The position numbers and the translations under genes are program-made. Under the pieces are notes generated by a model that did not search any database, was not told the origin of the DNA, and was given only the letters and a program-made list of their open reading frames with translations. Source: Alphaproteobacteria bacterium (GTDB lineage Bacteria > Pseudomonadota > Alphaproteobacteria > JAAXGF01). Taken from it: a stretch of DNA of 64,000 nucleotides. Below are positions 42,243 to 54,004 of this stretch, piece by piece. Each line of letters starts with the position of its first letter. Positions within the stretch are counted from its first letter, which is position 1. Location: NCBI GenBank assembly GCA_963555825.3, contig CAUVXB020000002.1, positions 1,760,001 to 1,824,000 on the forward strand, read 5' to 3'.

Positions 42243-43559
42243 ATGGAAGCTGGCCCAGATGTTTCAGTCCCGTTAGATGAACTTGTCGTTTCAGTTGTTG
42301 ATGTAGAAACGACAGGACTATACCCAGGCGGCCATGACCGAATAATCGAAATTGCCGTCGTTCGTGCAAGGGCCGGCGGCGAGATAATCGACGAGTTCGA
42401 GACACTAATTAATCCGAACCGCGATCTTGGTCCGACGCATATTCACGGGATCATGGCCGCTGATGTACAGCTTGCGCCATCATTCTCTGATGTTGCGGGC
42501 GACATCGTTGGACAGCTCCATGGAACCGTTGTCGTTGGCCATAACATCCGGTTTGATCTCGCCTTCCTCAACTCTGAGTTTGGCCGGTTGGGAATTCGTC
42601 TGCCTGATATTCCAAGAATTTGCACTCTGCGCCTTGCTCCCAATCTGGGCATGCGCGTACCGTCACGATCACTCCGGGAATGTTGCAAATTCTTCGGCAT
42701 TTCCCACCATGGTGCACATAGTGCTCTAGGCGATGCACGGGCCACAGCCGGCCTTTATTCAGTGCTCATCCAGCACGCAGCTGCAAACGGCATATTGACG
42801 TTGGGCGATATCGCTCTCGCTCTCGATCTTGCCATGCCAAGCCCAGATCATTGGCCGGACATACCGGCGACCGGCCGCGTGTATGCGCGCAAGCAGGCGT
42901 CCGATCAAACTTCCCACAAAGACAGTTACCTCTCACATTTGGTCGCACGCCTACCTGCAACTTCTGAGCAAGATATGCAGTTCATTGAATATCTCGAACT
43001 GCTTGATCGGGCACTCGAAGATCGAGTCGTGACTGAGGAAGAAGCGGAAGGTCTCCACCGAGTGGCAAGGAATTTGGGATTGGGTCAGGACAAGGTGACG
43101 GAAGTCCACCGATCCTACCTCAATGCGCTTGCAGTCGTCGCACTTGAGGATGGCATAGTTACCAACGCGGAGAGACGGGATTTGCAGGCGGCTGCAAAAG
43201 CACTCAGCATCGACGAAGAGGCGCTTGATCAGATGCTGGAGATTGCCCGAACTGTGATTTCCGACCAGGGTACCGTTGCCGGGCTTGACGATTTAGATGA
43301 CCTGTTTGGCGTGAGCGTATGCCTAACCGGAACATCGCGTTGTTCCATCTCGGGTGAACTCCTTACACGCGCGAAGGCGTTAGAACTCGCGGAGGAAGCT
43401 GGACTAGATGTTCAAAAGAACGTTACCAAAAACCTCGATATTTTGGTCCTCGCCGACCCTGATTCGATGTCTGGTAAGGCAAAAAAGGCGCGGGAGTACG
43501 GTATTCGTACAATGAGCGAAGAGGTGTTTTGGCGAAAAATTGGTATCGATATCGACTAG
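42243..43559 (+). CDS. DnaQ-like 3'-5' exonuclease with TerB-like and BRCT-like domains
   Basis: VDVETTGL, GHNIRFD, HSALGDA; ALEDGIVTNAER; VCLTG...VTKNLDILV...SGKAKKAREYGI. Confidence 0.8.
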   Translation: MEAGPDVSVPLDELVVSVVDVETTGLYPGGHDRIIEIAVVRARAGGEIIDEFETLINPNRDLGPTHIHGIMAADVQLAPSFSDVAGDIVGQLHGTVVVGHNIRFDLAFLNSEFGRLGIRLPDIPRICTLRLAPNLGMRVPSRSLRECCKFFGISHHGAHSALGDARATAGLYSVLIQHAAANGILTLGDIALALDLAMPSPDHWPDIPATGRVYARKQASDQTSHKDSYLSHLVARLPATSEQDMQFIEYLELLDRALEDRVVTEEEAEGLHRVARNLGLGQDKVTEVHRSYLNALAVVALEDGIVTNAERRDLQAAAKALSIDEEALDQMLEIARTVISDQGTVAGLDDLDDLFGVSVCLTGTSRCSISGELLTRAKALELAEEAGLDVQKNVTKNLDILVLADPDSMSGKAKKAREYGIRTMSEEVFWRKIGIDID

Positions 43560-43661
43560 ATTAAAATGCCGTCGGCGACCTTCGTCGCACTCTCCCAGTA
43601 CGGCGCGTACTCACGCTGAGTCGGACCCGATTTCCTTGGACACAGAATTGGCTTAATCGAA

Positions 43662-44093
43662 GTGTCCAAGGAGGACCGGAACATGACCGACAATTTTGAG
43701 AACAAAGTTGCTGTTGATGGGCCTGTGGTAAACGAGGGCGAGCTTGGCTCGTCCACGTTTTCCCCGGGCCAGGTTTCGCCGGCAGGCCCTCTGGGACTTG
43801 GCCAGCGGTGGACGGTGACGCGCAAGCGTGAGGTTGCCCTGCGGCTTTTGCGTGGCGAGCCGGTGGAACTTTTGTCGCGGCAGTTGGGCGTGGAGATTTT
43901 CCGGCTCGAGCAGTGGCGTGAGAAGGCGATCGCCGGGATCGATGCCTCGCTCAAGGAACGCAAGGGCGATCCGGTGAAGGCGGAACTGGACATCGCCATG
44001 AAGCGGATCGGGGAGTTGATCATGCAGGTGGAACTGCTGGAGGCCAAGACGGAGACGTCCGGCCCTTTGGGGCGGCGGAGGTCGCGGCGATGA
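43662..44093 (+). CDS. IS3 OrfA
   Basis: RKREVALRLLRGE HTH, KRIGELIMQVELL zipper. Confidence 0.8.
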   Translation: MSKEDRNMTDNFENKVAVDGPVVNEGELGSSTFSPGQVSPAGPLGLGQRWTVTRKREVALRLLRGEPVELLSRQLGVEIFRLEQWREKAIAGIDASLKERKGDPVKAELDIAMKRIGELIMQVELLEAKTETSGPLGRRRSRR

Positions 44094-45001
44094 GTGCCGC
44101 CACCTCTCCCGGCACGGGTTTGGCCTACGGCCTCCAGCGGGTCTGTGCGGCCTGGGGTTTTGCCCGTTCCTCGTTCTACGCCATGAAATCCCGGCAGCAG
44201 GCCACCGCTGAGCGCCCACCAGCAAAGCGCCGGGGACCGAAGCCCTCGATCTCGGACGAGGCTCTGCTGGTGGCCATCGAGGCCGACCTGGAGGCATCCC
44301 CCTGGGAGGGCGAGGGACACCGCAAGGTCTGGGCTCGGCTTCGGGTCTGTCGTGGCATCCGTGTTTCCCGCAAGCGGGGGCTCCGGGTGATGCGCGAGAA
44401 CAACCTGCTCTCGCCCCATCGCTGCCGCCGCCGTGGCGGAAATCCCCATGTCGGTGAGATCATCACCCATGCCCCCAACCTCATGTGGGGCACGGACGGC
44501 GTTCGGGTGTTCACGGTGGACGACGGCTGGGGCTGGATATTCACCGCCATCGAGCATTGGAACGCCGAGTGCGTCGGCTGGCATGTGTGCAAGCGAGGCG
44601 ACCGCTTCGCCGCCCTTCAGCCGATCTCCATGGGGCTTGCGAGGCTGTATGCCTCGACCTCCGCCGGTGCGGCGCGGGGGCTGGCCTTGCGGATGGATCA
44701 CGGCTCCCAGTATCTGTCGGACCACTTCACCAACCAGATCAAGTTCTGGGGCATCCAGCCGTCCTACGCCTTCGTCGAACAGCCCCAGACCAACGGCGTC
44801 GCCGAGAGGTTCAATCGCACGCTCAAGGAACAGATCATCCATGGCCGCATCTACCGCAACATCGCGGAGCTGCGGAACGCCGTCCGCGGGTTCGTCGAAC
44901 AGTACAATGCCCAGTGGATCGTGGAGAAGAACGGCTACCTGAGCCCCGCTCAAGCTCGTCAGGCGTGGCACACCGCGATGTCACTCAGGCCCGCCGCATG
45001 A
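44090..45001 (+). CDS. IS3 OrfB (DDE)
   Basis: WGTD, RMDHGSQY, NGVAERFNRTLKE; ATGA overlap. Confidence 0.9.
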   Translation: MSAATSPGTGLAYGLQRVCAAWGFARSSFYAMKSRQQATAERPPAKRRGPKPSISDEALLVAIEADLEASPWEGEGHRKVWARLRVCRGIRVSRKRGLRVMRENNLLSPHRCRRRGGNPHVGEIITHAPNLMWGTDGVRVFTVDDGWGWIFTAIEHWNAECVGWHVCKRGDRFAALQPISMGLARLYASTSAGAARGLALRMDHGSQYLSDHFTNQIKFWGIQPSYAFVEQPQTNGVAERFNRTLKEQIIHGRIYRNIAELRNAVRGFVEQYNAQWIVEKNGYLSPAQARQAWHTAMSLRPAA

Positions 45002-45055
45002 GACAAACTTGTGTCCAAGGAACCGGGTGCGATACAGCGCGTACTCACGCACACC

Positions 45056-47011
<1,956 letters not shown>

Positions 47012-47106
47012 TACCGATCGTCTCCCCAACAGGATGAATGGATTTGAGGACTGGCTTGAAGAGACACGACGTTACAACCCCGCTTGGACGTTCGGACCGA
47101 TAATAG

Positions 47107-47217
47107 TTAACCACAGAGACACAGAGGCACGGAGAAGGTCCACAGATGATTCTCCTCGGCGCGAAGCGCAAGAAATAAACCTCTATGTCTCTGTGTCTCT
47201 GTGTCTCTGTGGTTCAA
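47107..47217. repeat. CACAGAG palindromic repeat (copy 3)
   Basis: AACCACAGAGACACAGAG...GCGAAGC...CTCTGTGTCTCTGTGGTT. Confidence 0.8.
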
Positions 47218-47502
47218 TTAAACCGCGCGCCGGAACGGCGTGATCTCGGTCTTCTGCCAGACATTGCCGGTGACGTAGGGATCGGTCGCCAGCCATTCGT
47301 CGAGCTCGGCGCGGCTGGCGACCTCGACGACGCAGGCCGAGCCGATCATCTCGCCGCCGTCGTCCAAGAGCGCGCCGCCGCAAATCAGCATGCCGCTTTC
47401 GGCCCGCTCGCGCGCGCCTTCGAGATGGGCCTCTCGCACCGCGAGCCGGCGCGCCGGCGCGCCCGCGTCGGTGCCGTCCCAGTTGACGACGAGAAACTGC
47501 AT
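47218..47502 (-). CDS. YciI family protein
   Basis: REAHL, GGALLD, MIGS, DPY. Confidence 0.88.
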   Translation of the reverse strand: MQFLVVNWDGTDAGAPARRLAVREAHLEGARERAESGMLICGGALLDDGGEMIGSACVVEVASRAELDEWLATDPYVTGNVWQKTEITPFRRAV

Positions 47503-47620
47503 CGTTCACCTCCTTTGACGTAGCGGCGCCATTATCGCGTAGCGCTCGGCAAATGCCCAGACCGATACGCAACCCTGCCCCGCCTAAACGGCGCTGGCGT
47601 TGCCGCGACGCCGTTGATTA

Positions 47621-47697
47621 GAAACCACAGACGCACAGAGGGACGATCATTGTAGCGGCGGGTTTGAAACCCGCCCCTACGACAGATATCTTTGTGC
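47621..47697. repeat. CACAGAG repeat (copy 4) containing GTAG REP at 47652-47680
   Basis: GTAGCGGCGGGTTTGAAACCCGCCCCTAC. Confidence 0.7.
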
Positions 47698-47721
47698 TGC
47701 GCACCACGGCAGGTGGATGGG

Positions 47722-48360
47722 ATGCTGACGCTCTACGGAAATCTCGAATCGGGCAACGTCTACAAGGTGCGACTGCTGCTCGCGCACCTCGGCATCGCGC
47801 ATGTCCGGGTCGAGGTCAATCAGGTCGACGGGCATCCCAGGCGGCCCGAGTTCCGCGCCATCAATCCGATCGGCAAGGTGCCGGCGTTGCGTTTCGACGA
47901 CGGCCGCGTGCTGTCGGAATCGGGCGCCATCCTCTACTACCTGGCGCAAGGCACGCCGATGTGGCCCGACGGATCGTGGGACCACGCCCAGGTGCTGCGC
48001 TGGATGTTCTTCGAGCAGTACAGCCACGAGCCGGCGATCGCGGTCAACCGCTACATCCTCAATTATATGGCCGATGCGTCGGGCCAGGCGGCGCGCGTCG
48101 CCGAGAACGCCGAGAAAGGCGCGCATGCGCTGGGCGTCATGGAAGCGCATCTCGCCGCGCAGGACTGGCTCGCGGCCGGGCGCTACACGATCGCCGACAT
48201 CGCGCTCTACGCGTATACGCACAACGCGAACGAGGCCGGTTTCGACCTCGCCGCCTATCCGGCGATTGGCCGCTGGCTCGCGCGGATCGCCGCCCAACCG
48301 GGCCATATCGCGCAGATGGAAGAGACCAGCGCGGCGCCCGTCGAGAGCCTGATCGCCTAG
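47722..48360 (+). CDS. Glutathione S-transferase
   Basis: SGNVYKVRL, NPIGKVPAL, ESGAIL, TIADIAL. Confidence 0.93.
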   Translation: MLTLYGNLESGNVYKVRLLLAHLGIAHVRVEVNQVDGHPRRPEFRAINPIGKVPALRFDDGRVLSESGAILYYLAQGTPMWPDGSWDHAQVLRWMFFEQYSHEPAIAVNRYILNYMADASGQAARVAENAEKGAHALGVMEAHLAAQDWLAAGRYTIADIALYAYTHNANEAGFDLAAYPAIGRWLARIAAQPGHIAQMEETSAAPVESLIA

Positions 48361-48439
48361 AGCATTGTCCGGTCACATTAGGTGACCTGCGCTCAATCGC
48401 CACGCTTGCCAATCTTTATCCCACAAGGCCATTCTTGAT

Positions 48440-50093
48440 GGGTGCGAGTCTCGCATGGCAGTGATGTCTGCGGCTTGGTTCGTTGAGTTCAGGCAGCGAT
48501 TGCCATGGCTGCTGCACGTGGACTGATGTTGTCGTTGGCCGGTGTGTCGGTTGCGCTGATCAGGGCCTTCCATGCCCGCTCGAAGCGGCCGGATTTGATC
48601 AGGGCGCGGAAGGTCAGAACAGCCTGTCCGCCGACGATCCGCCAGCGCATGCCGGAGCGCTTCATGCGCTGTGTCACCAGGGTCTTGTTGGCAGCTTCGA
48701 CCACGCCTGAGCCGATGGCGATGCCCTCTTCCTTCAGGGCGTGGTAGCGCATGCGATGGCGATGCTTGCGGAAGAAGGCGAGTTCCCGCTCGGTCTCGGC
48801 CCGGTCCGGCGCAGCGGCGGCATCGCGAAGGTGGCGCAGCGCCCGGATCACCTTGGCGACGCCACGGGGATCGTGACGGAGGATCTCGCGGTACTTCTCG
48901 AACCAGCCGGGCGCCACGGCATGGTCGGACGCGGTTTGCAGATGTTCGCAAGCATGCCAGAAGTCGATCACCTCGGTTTCGGGCGACAGGGTCTCCAGGA
49001 AGGTCCAGTTGTCGGCGGCGCCATCGGCGATAGCGACGATCCCGATCTCGGGGCGTGCTCGCCTGATGTGTGCGACTTCGCTTGCAAGCTGCGCCTTCAG
49101 CGTGAGCTTGCCGCTCTCCGGCATGCGGCCGAGATAGAGGGTCTTCAGGCGCTTGCCCTCGGCGTCGTGGAAGGAGACCGTGCCGCAGGCAGCCTCGCGC
49201 CAGGAGGCCTTGGCGCGACCGTCCTCGCCGGGTCTCAGCGGCACCATGACGCCGTCGAGGGAGACCGAGGCGGTGGTCGCGTCCTGCGGTATGCCCTCGG
49301 CCTCACGGATGCTGCCCAGCGTCTCCGGGCCGAGGCTCTCCCAGCATTCGTGCATGCTCAGGGTCAGGCGCTGCAGGGTGCTCACCGACGGCGTCATGGC
49401 GCCGGTCTTCGCAAAGAACGCCGCCGCTTCCCGGGCCGTGCAGTGACCCATCATCAGCAGACCGAGCTCGGCCGCCGGCCGCGTCAGGTAATCGTCGACG
49501 AGGCCCAGGCTCTCGTCGACCGGCACCGGCGATGCCCCGCTCGCGCCGCTGCGGTAACGCGCTCGCCGGTAGGTCACCGGACCGAGCGAGGTCATGATCG
49601 TCTTCGGCGTCACCGCGACCCGGAACCAGCTCTGCCCGTCCCGCTCGATCCGGGAAGCGCCATCGTCCCGGTTCTCGATGACGGCGCCCATGACATCGCG
49701 AGCGAACTCGTTCGTGGCCTCACGCACCCGCAACTCGACCTCCTCGGGCGCCTCGGGGCGCGGCTCGGAACGAAGCTCCTCGCGACACAGTGCGAGCACC
49801 CGGGCGGCCGCCTCGACGACCCGAGGAGGCAGGCCGGAAAGATCGATGGACGAAGGCGCCGGAGGCGGGGATACTGCCATGGGAATGCTCCCGATGTTGG
49901 GTTTCGAGACACGGCATCGTACCGCTTCTGGCGGTGCGGAGCGTTCCCACCTTCCCCTGCTCGACCCTGCCGTCGTAACAAAATCCTGCCTTGGAGCGGC
50001 CCATTGTCACGAATAGCCGATTTCGGCCGTTCGTCTCGACACAAAAAACGCACTAAATCAATGACTTAGATTTTCCATACCAGACCCACACCC
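48440..50093 (-). mobile_element. ISKra4/ISLre2-like IS, 8-bp TSD TTCTTGAT
   Basis: IRs GGGTGYGRGTCTSGYATGG; TSD at 48432-48439 and 50094-50101. Confidence 0.9.
48489..49880 (-). CDS. ISKra4/ISLre2-like (Mutator-type) transposase
   Basis: SLDGVMV, IADGA, IDFWHA.EHL, IGSGVVEAANK..V..RMKRSGMRW. Confidence 0.88.
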   Translation of the reverse strand: MAVSPPPAPSSIDLSGLPPRVVEAAARVLALCREELRSEPRPEAPEEVELRVREATNEFARDVMGAVIENRDDGASRIERDGQSWFRVAVTPKTIMTSLGPVTYRRARYRSGASGASPVPVDESLGLVDDYLTRPAAELGLLMMGHCTAREAAAFFAKTGAMTPSVSTLQRLTLSMHECWESLGPETLGSIREAEGIPQDATTASVSLDGVMVPLRPGEDGRAKASWREAACGTVSFHDAEGKRLKTLYLGRMPESGKLTLKAQLASEVAHIRRARPEIGIVAIADGAADNWTFLETLSPETEVIDFWHACEHLQTASDHAVAPGWFEKYREILRHDPRGVAKVIRALRHLRDAAAAPDRAETERELAFFRKHRHRMRYHALKEEGIAIGSGVVEAANKTLVTQRMKRSGMRWRIVGGQAVLTFRALIKSGRFERAWKALISATDTPANDNISPRAAAMAIAA

Positions 50094-50316
50094 TTCTTGA
50101 TCCCACAAGGATTGGCCGCAGGGGCGGCGGCCCGCCCTCTCGTCCCAATTAGATTGGCGCGGGCTGGCATAGCCCGACCGATTCCAATCGATCGGACTAT
50201 GCTCTAGCCTGGAATTCTCACCATGGACCGGCCAGGTCTGATCCTCGGCAAGCGCAGACCTGACCGGCGCAACCGGCGCTGGTCGCGGCTGGGTGGCTCG
50301 CTTATGGTCGGCGGCC

Positions 50317-51279
50317 ATGGAGGCGCCCCAGAGTCCCGCGGCCCCGTCCGATCCGGTGCGCGGCGCGCTTTGGATGGTCGGCAGCTGCGTTTTCTTCGCC
50401 ATACTGACCGGCCTGATCCGCTATCTGTCGGCGACGCTGGATCCGCTCGAGATCGTCTTCTTCCGTAACCTGTTCGGCATGCTCGCTATGCTGCCCTGGC
50501 TGATGCGCCGGGGGTTCAGCGGGCTGCGCACCCGGCACCTGACGATGCATATCGTGCGCGCCGGTCTCGGCCTCACCGCGATGACGTGTTGGTTCACCGC
50601 GGTCGCCACCATGAACCTCGCCGACGCGGTGGCGCTGAGCTTCACCGCGCCGCTGTTCGCCACGGTCGCCGCGATCGTCGTGCTGCACGAGGTGGTGCGC
50701 GCGCGGCGCTGGTCGGCGGTGCTGGCCGGTTTCGTCGGCGCCATGATCATTCTGCGTCCGGGCTTCCACGAGGTCGCGCCCGAGGCGCTGCTGGTGCTCC
50801 TGTCGGCGATGGTCATGGCGATCGGCGTGACCATGGTGAAGCTTTTGTCGCGCACCGAATCGGTCGGCGCCATCGTCTTCTACATGGTGCTGATCTTGAC
50901 GCCGGCGTCGCTGGTGCCGGCGCTGTTCGTCTGGCAGACGCCGAGCCTCGAGGCGTTCGGGCTCCTGGTGCTGCTCGGCGCCGCGGCGACGGGCGGCCAC
51001 CTGTGCATGGTGCGCTCCTTCGCCATCGCCGACGCGACCGCCGTGCTGCCCTTCGACTTCGTGCGCCTGCCGCTGATCGCGCTGATCGGCTATTTCGTGT
51101 TCGGTCAGGCGCTCGATATCTGGACCGGGGTCGGCGCGGCGGTGATCATCGGCGCCTCGGTCTACATCGCGCACCGCGAATCGGTGCACCAGCGCGCCGT
51201 CGCCCTGCCGCCGGCCCGACCCGACGCCGGCCCGCTCCCCGCGCGAACCCGGCTGGAGACTGGCCCGGCGGCCAAATAA
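50317..51279 (+). CDS. DMT/EamA transporter
   Basis: EIVFFRN, LSFTAPLF, RRWSAV, PFDF.RL. Confidence 0.88.
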   Translation: MEAPQSPAAPSDPVRGALWMVGSCVFFAILTGLIRYLSATLDPLEIVFFRNLFGMLAMLPWLMRRGFSGLRTRHLTMHIVRAGLGLTAMTCWFTAVATMNLADAVALSFTAPLFATVAAIVVLHEVVRARRWSAVLAGFVGAMIILRPGFHEVAPEALLVLLSAMVMAIGVTMVKLLSRTESVGAIVFYMVLILTPASLVPALFVWQTPSLEAFGLLVLLGAAATGGHLCMVRSFAIADATAVLPFDFVRLPLIALIGYFVFGQALDIWTGVGAAVIIGASVYIAHRESVHQRAVALPPARPDAGPLPARTRLETGPAAK

Positions 51280-51296
51280 CCGCCCGACAAGGCACA

Positions 51297-51338
51297 CCCT
51301 CTCCCCCGCGCCGGGGGAGAGGGCCAGGGTGAGGGGGC
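51297..51338 (-). repeat. CCCCTCACCCTGGCCCTCTCCC...GGGAGAGGG-type short palindromic repeat
   Basis: CCCTCTCCCCCGCGCCGGGGGAGAGGGCCAGGGTGAGGGG. Confidence 0.6.
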
Positions 51339-51383
51339 CGCCCCGACGCCGGCGCGGCCGGCGCCCGTGTCGGTCCGCATTAT

Positions 51384-51522
51384 TCACCAGAGGCCAGAGG
51401 CACAGAGGCACAGAGGCACAGAGGCACAGAGGCACAGAGGCACAGAGTAGTTTCACAGAGGAGTCCCTTCGACGCGAAGCGCCAAAAACAAACCTCTGTA
51501 CCTCTGGACCCCTGTGGTTCAA
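51384..51522. repeat. CACAGAG repeat (copy 5) with expanded 8-bp array
   Basis: About 6 tandem CACAGAGG units plus partial units. Confidence 0.8.
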
Positions 51523-51561
51523 CGATCGGTCGCCGACCAAGCGGTGTTCCAAGCCATTTCT

Positions 51562-51627
51562 TAACGGTGTCAGACTCCTTATTTTATCATTTATATAAAT
51601 AGTTAATAAAAGAGTCTGACACCGTTA
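51562..51627. repeat. AT-rich palindrome TAACGGTGTCAGACTC...GAGTCTGACACCGTTA
   Basis: Perfect arms; related copy at 63308-63377. Confidence 0.75.
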
Positions 51628-51671
51628 TTTCTGCAACGTATCGAGACTTCGGATTGGGGCAAGAGCGCCGC

Positions 51672-52154
51672 TCAATCGACGTCGAGGCCGCGGGCTTTGT
51701 GCCAGTCCTCGATCGACTGGTCGGGGTGTTCGGTGAAGCGCGCCTCGCCCGGACCCGCCGGCACGACGGCCCAGGCGGGCGCGTAGTCGAGCATGATGTT
51801 AGCGTGCTCGGGCGCCGCCGGCAGCGGCGTGTCGATCGCCGAGGCGAAGGGATGGACGAGTTCGGGCCAGCGCGGGTCGAAGACCCAGAGCGCGCTGCCG
51901 CAACGCGTGCAGAAGTGCCGCCGGGCCGGGCTCAGGCCGTCCGCGCCCTCGGCGAACCGCACGCGATAGACGGTGATGTCCGCCTCGCCCTCGACCTTCA
52001 GCGTCGCCGCGTCGCCGCCCAGGTTGATCGCGTAGCCGCCGCCGCCCGCGGTCTTGCGGCAGATCGAGCAGTAGCAGCGCATGTAGGGTACCGGCGTGTG
52101 CGTGTTCAGCGAGAAGCGCACCGCGCCGCAGTGACACGAGCCTTCGAGCAGCAT
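51672..52154 (-). CDS. GFA (Mss4-like) family protein
   Basis: GSCHCGAV, CYCSICRK, RHFCTRCGS. Confidence 0.9.
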   Translation of the reverse strand: MLLEGSCHCGAVRFSLNTHTPVPYMRCYCSICRKTAGGGGYAINLGGDAATLKVEGEADITVYRVRFAEGADGLSPARRHFCTRCGSALWVFDPRWPELVHPFASAIDTPLPAAPEHANIMLDYAPAWAVVPAGPGEARFTEHPDQSIEDWHKARGLDVD

Positions 52155-52176
52155 GGGACCTCCCTTGGCGTGATCG

Positions 52177-52551
52177 TCAACCGTCGTCTTCGTCCGTCCT
52201 GGTGAGGAACGCGCGGGCGGCGTCGAAGTGTTCTGGGCGCATCGCCGATCGCACGGCGCCGATGGCGGCGGCGAGCACGGCGGCGTCGTCGGTGTAGCCG
52301 ATGCCGGCGATGAAGTCGGGGATGACGTCGGTCGGCACGATGAAATAGGCCAGGGCGCCCATTAGCACGGCCTTGACGTACATCGGCGTCTTGCCGTCGG
52401 TCGCGCAGTAATAGGCGGCCAGCGCGTCCTCGACGAAGGGCACCCGGCCGAGGGTCTTGCGCAGCTTGTCCCAGAAGCCTTGGTTGACCAGCGCCTCGTC
52501 GGCGCGCAGCTTGTCGTGGTCGACGTTGCGGTCGTCTTGGTCGTCGGGCAT
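52177..52551 (-). CDS. YkvA/DUF1232 family protein
   Basis: ALAYFIVPTDVIPDFIAGIGYTDD. Confidence 0.9.
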   Translation of the reverse strand: MPDDQDDRNVDHDKLRADEALVNQGFWDKLRKTLGRVPFVEDALAAYYCATDGKTPMYVKAVLMGALAYFIVPTDVIPDFIAGIGYTDDAAVLAAAIGAVRSAMRPEHFDAARAFLTRTDEDDG

Positions 52552-52640
52552 CTGGATAATATGGGGGCGATGCTGGGCGGTCGCAATACATCTTGCGATC
52601 TGCTAAGACGCCGCGAGCTCATAAAAAGCGGAGGACGAAC

Positions 52641-53402
52641 ATGGACGTGAAGGGGCAGGCGGCGCTGGTCACCGGCGGCGCGTCGGGACTCGGCCGGGCG
52701 ACGGCGGAAGCGTTGATCGCGGCGGGCGCCAAGGTCGCCATCCTGGACAAGAATGCCGAGGCGCTGGCGGCCACAGCCGCCGAGATCGGCGCGCTCGCGG
52801 TCGCCTGCGACGTGACGCAAGCCGGCTCGACCGAGGACGCTGTGGCCGCCGCGCGCGCGGCGCACGGGCCATCGCGCGTGCTGATGAATTGCGCCGGCGT
52901 CGGCCCGGCCAAGCGCATCGTCGGGCGCGACGGGCCGATGCCGCTCGAATGGTTCGAGGCCGTCATCGCGGTCAACCTGATCGGCACCTTCAACGCGCTT
53001 CGCCTCGCCGCCGCCGACATGATGGCGCTGGATGCGCTCGACGGCGACGAGCGCGGCATCATCATCAACACCTCGTCGGTCGCCGCCACCGAGGGCCAGG
53101 TCGGCCAGGCCGCCTATACCGCGTCGAAGGGCGGCGTCGCCGCCATGACGCTGCCGGCGGCGCGCGAGTTCGCCCGCCACGGCATCCGCGTCAACACCAT
53201 CGCACCGGGCCTCTTCGGCACGCCGATGCTGTTCAACCTGCCCGAGGATGTGCAGGAGGCGCTCGGCAAGTCGGTGCCGTTTCCCAACCGCATCGGCCGG
53301 CCCGACGAATACGCCGCGCTCGCCATGCATCTGATCGACAACGCGATGATCAACGGCGAAGTCGTGCGTCTCGACGGCGCGCTCCGCATGGCGGCCGGCT
53401 AG
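52641..53402 (+). CDS. SDR, 3-hydroxyacyl-CoA dehydrogenase type 2-like
   Basis: TGGASGLG, GQVGQAAYTASKGG, NGEVVRLDGALRM. Confidence 0.9.
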   Translation: MDVKGQAALVTGGASGLGRATAEALIAAGAKVAILDKNAEALAATAAEIGALAVACDVTQAGSTEDAVAAARAAHGPSRVLMNCAGVGPAKRIVGRDGPMPLEWFEAVIAVNLIGTFNALRLAAADMMALDALDGDERGIIINTSSVAATEGQVGQAAYTASKGGVAAMTLPAAREFARHGIRVNTIAPGLFGTPMLFNLPEDVQEALGKSVPFPNRIGRPDEYAALAMHLIDNAMINGEVVRLDGALRMAAG

Positions 53403-53578
53403 AGATTTGTCCGGTCACTTTCTTTGTGCGGTCACCTAAAGGTGACCTGCGCTCAATCGCCGCGCATGCCAGTCTTATGGAATCAAAGCTGGCCGAACGG
53501 TCGGCGGCCCCCCTCTTGTCCAGATAAAGTTGGCGCGGGCTGGCATCATCCGATCGATTCCCATCGATCGGATGATGC
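53400..53578 (+). repeat. MITE-like element copy F
   Basis: GGTCACCTAAAGGTGACCTGCGCTCAATCGCC...TTGGCGCGGGCTGG...ATCGATCGGA. Confidence 0.8.
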
Positions 53579-53596
53579 GTCGGCCCGGAGTAACTG

Positions 53597-54004
53597 ATGG
53601 CGCCGAACGTCGGCGCCGCGCCGACCGCGGCAGATATCGAGGCGCTGGCTCGCACGGCGCTCGAGGACATCCCCGAGGACCTGCGCCGGCGCGTCCGGGG
53701 CATCGCGATCCTGGTCGAGGAGTTTCCCGACGCGGAGACCGAGCAAACCATGGGACTCGAGAGCCCGTTCGAGCTCCTGGGCCTCTACCACGGCGTCTCG
53801 CTCGACCACAAGAGCGTCAGCGACGCGCCCGAGGACGTCGACCGCGTCTTCCTCTACCGCCGGCCGCTGCTGGATTACTGGTGCGAGACCGGCGAGACGT
53901 TGGAGGCCATCGTGCGCAACACGCTGGTCCATGAGATCGGCCATCATTTCGGCCTCTCCGACGACGACATGGAAGCCCTGGAATCGGGCGATGACGACGG
54001 CTGA
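53597..54004 (+). CDS. Zincin-like metallopeptidase (DUF1025)
   Basis: LLGLYHG, LYRRP, HEIGHHFG. Confidence 0.9.
   Translation: MAPNVGAAPTAADIEALARTALEDIPEDLRRRVRGIAILVEEFPDAETEQTMGLESPFELLGLYHGVSLDHKSVSDAPEDVDRVFLYRRPLLDYWCETGETLEAIVRNTLVHEIGHHFGLSDDDMEALESGDDDG

Larger units (their letters stand above)
43617..45036 (+). mobile_element. IS3-family element with 14-bp flanking duplication
   Basis: TG...CA ends, IR core TCCTTGGACACA; GCGCGTACTCACGC at 43603-43616 and 45037-45050. Confidence 0.88.
48358..50206 (+). repeat. MITE-like element copy E (TAGAGCAT...ATGCTCTA) interrupted by IS
   Basis: Same motifs as copies A-D; two 20-bp units. Confidence 0.8.
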
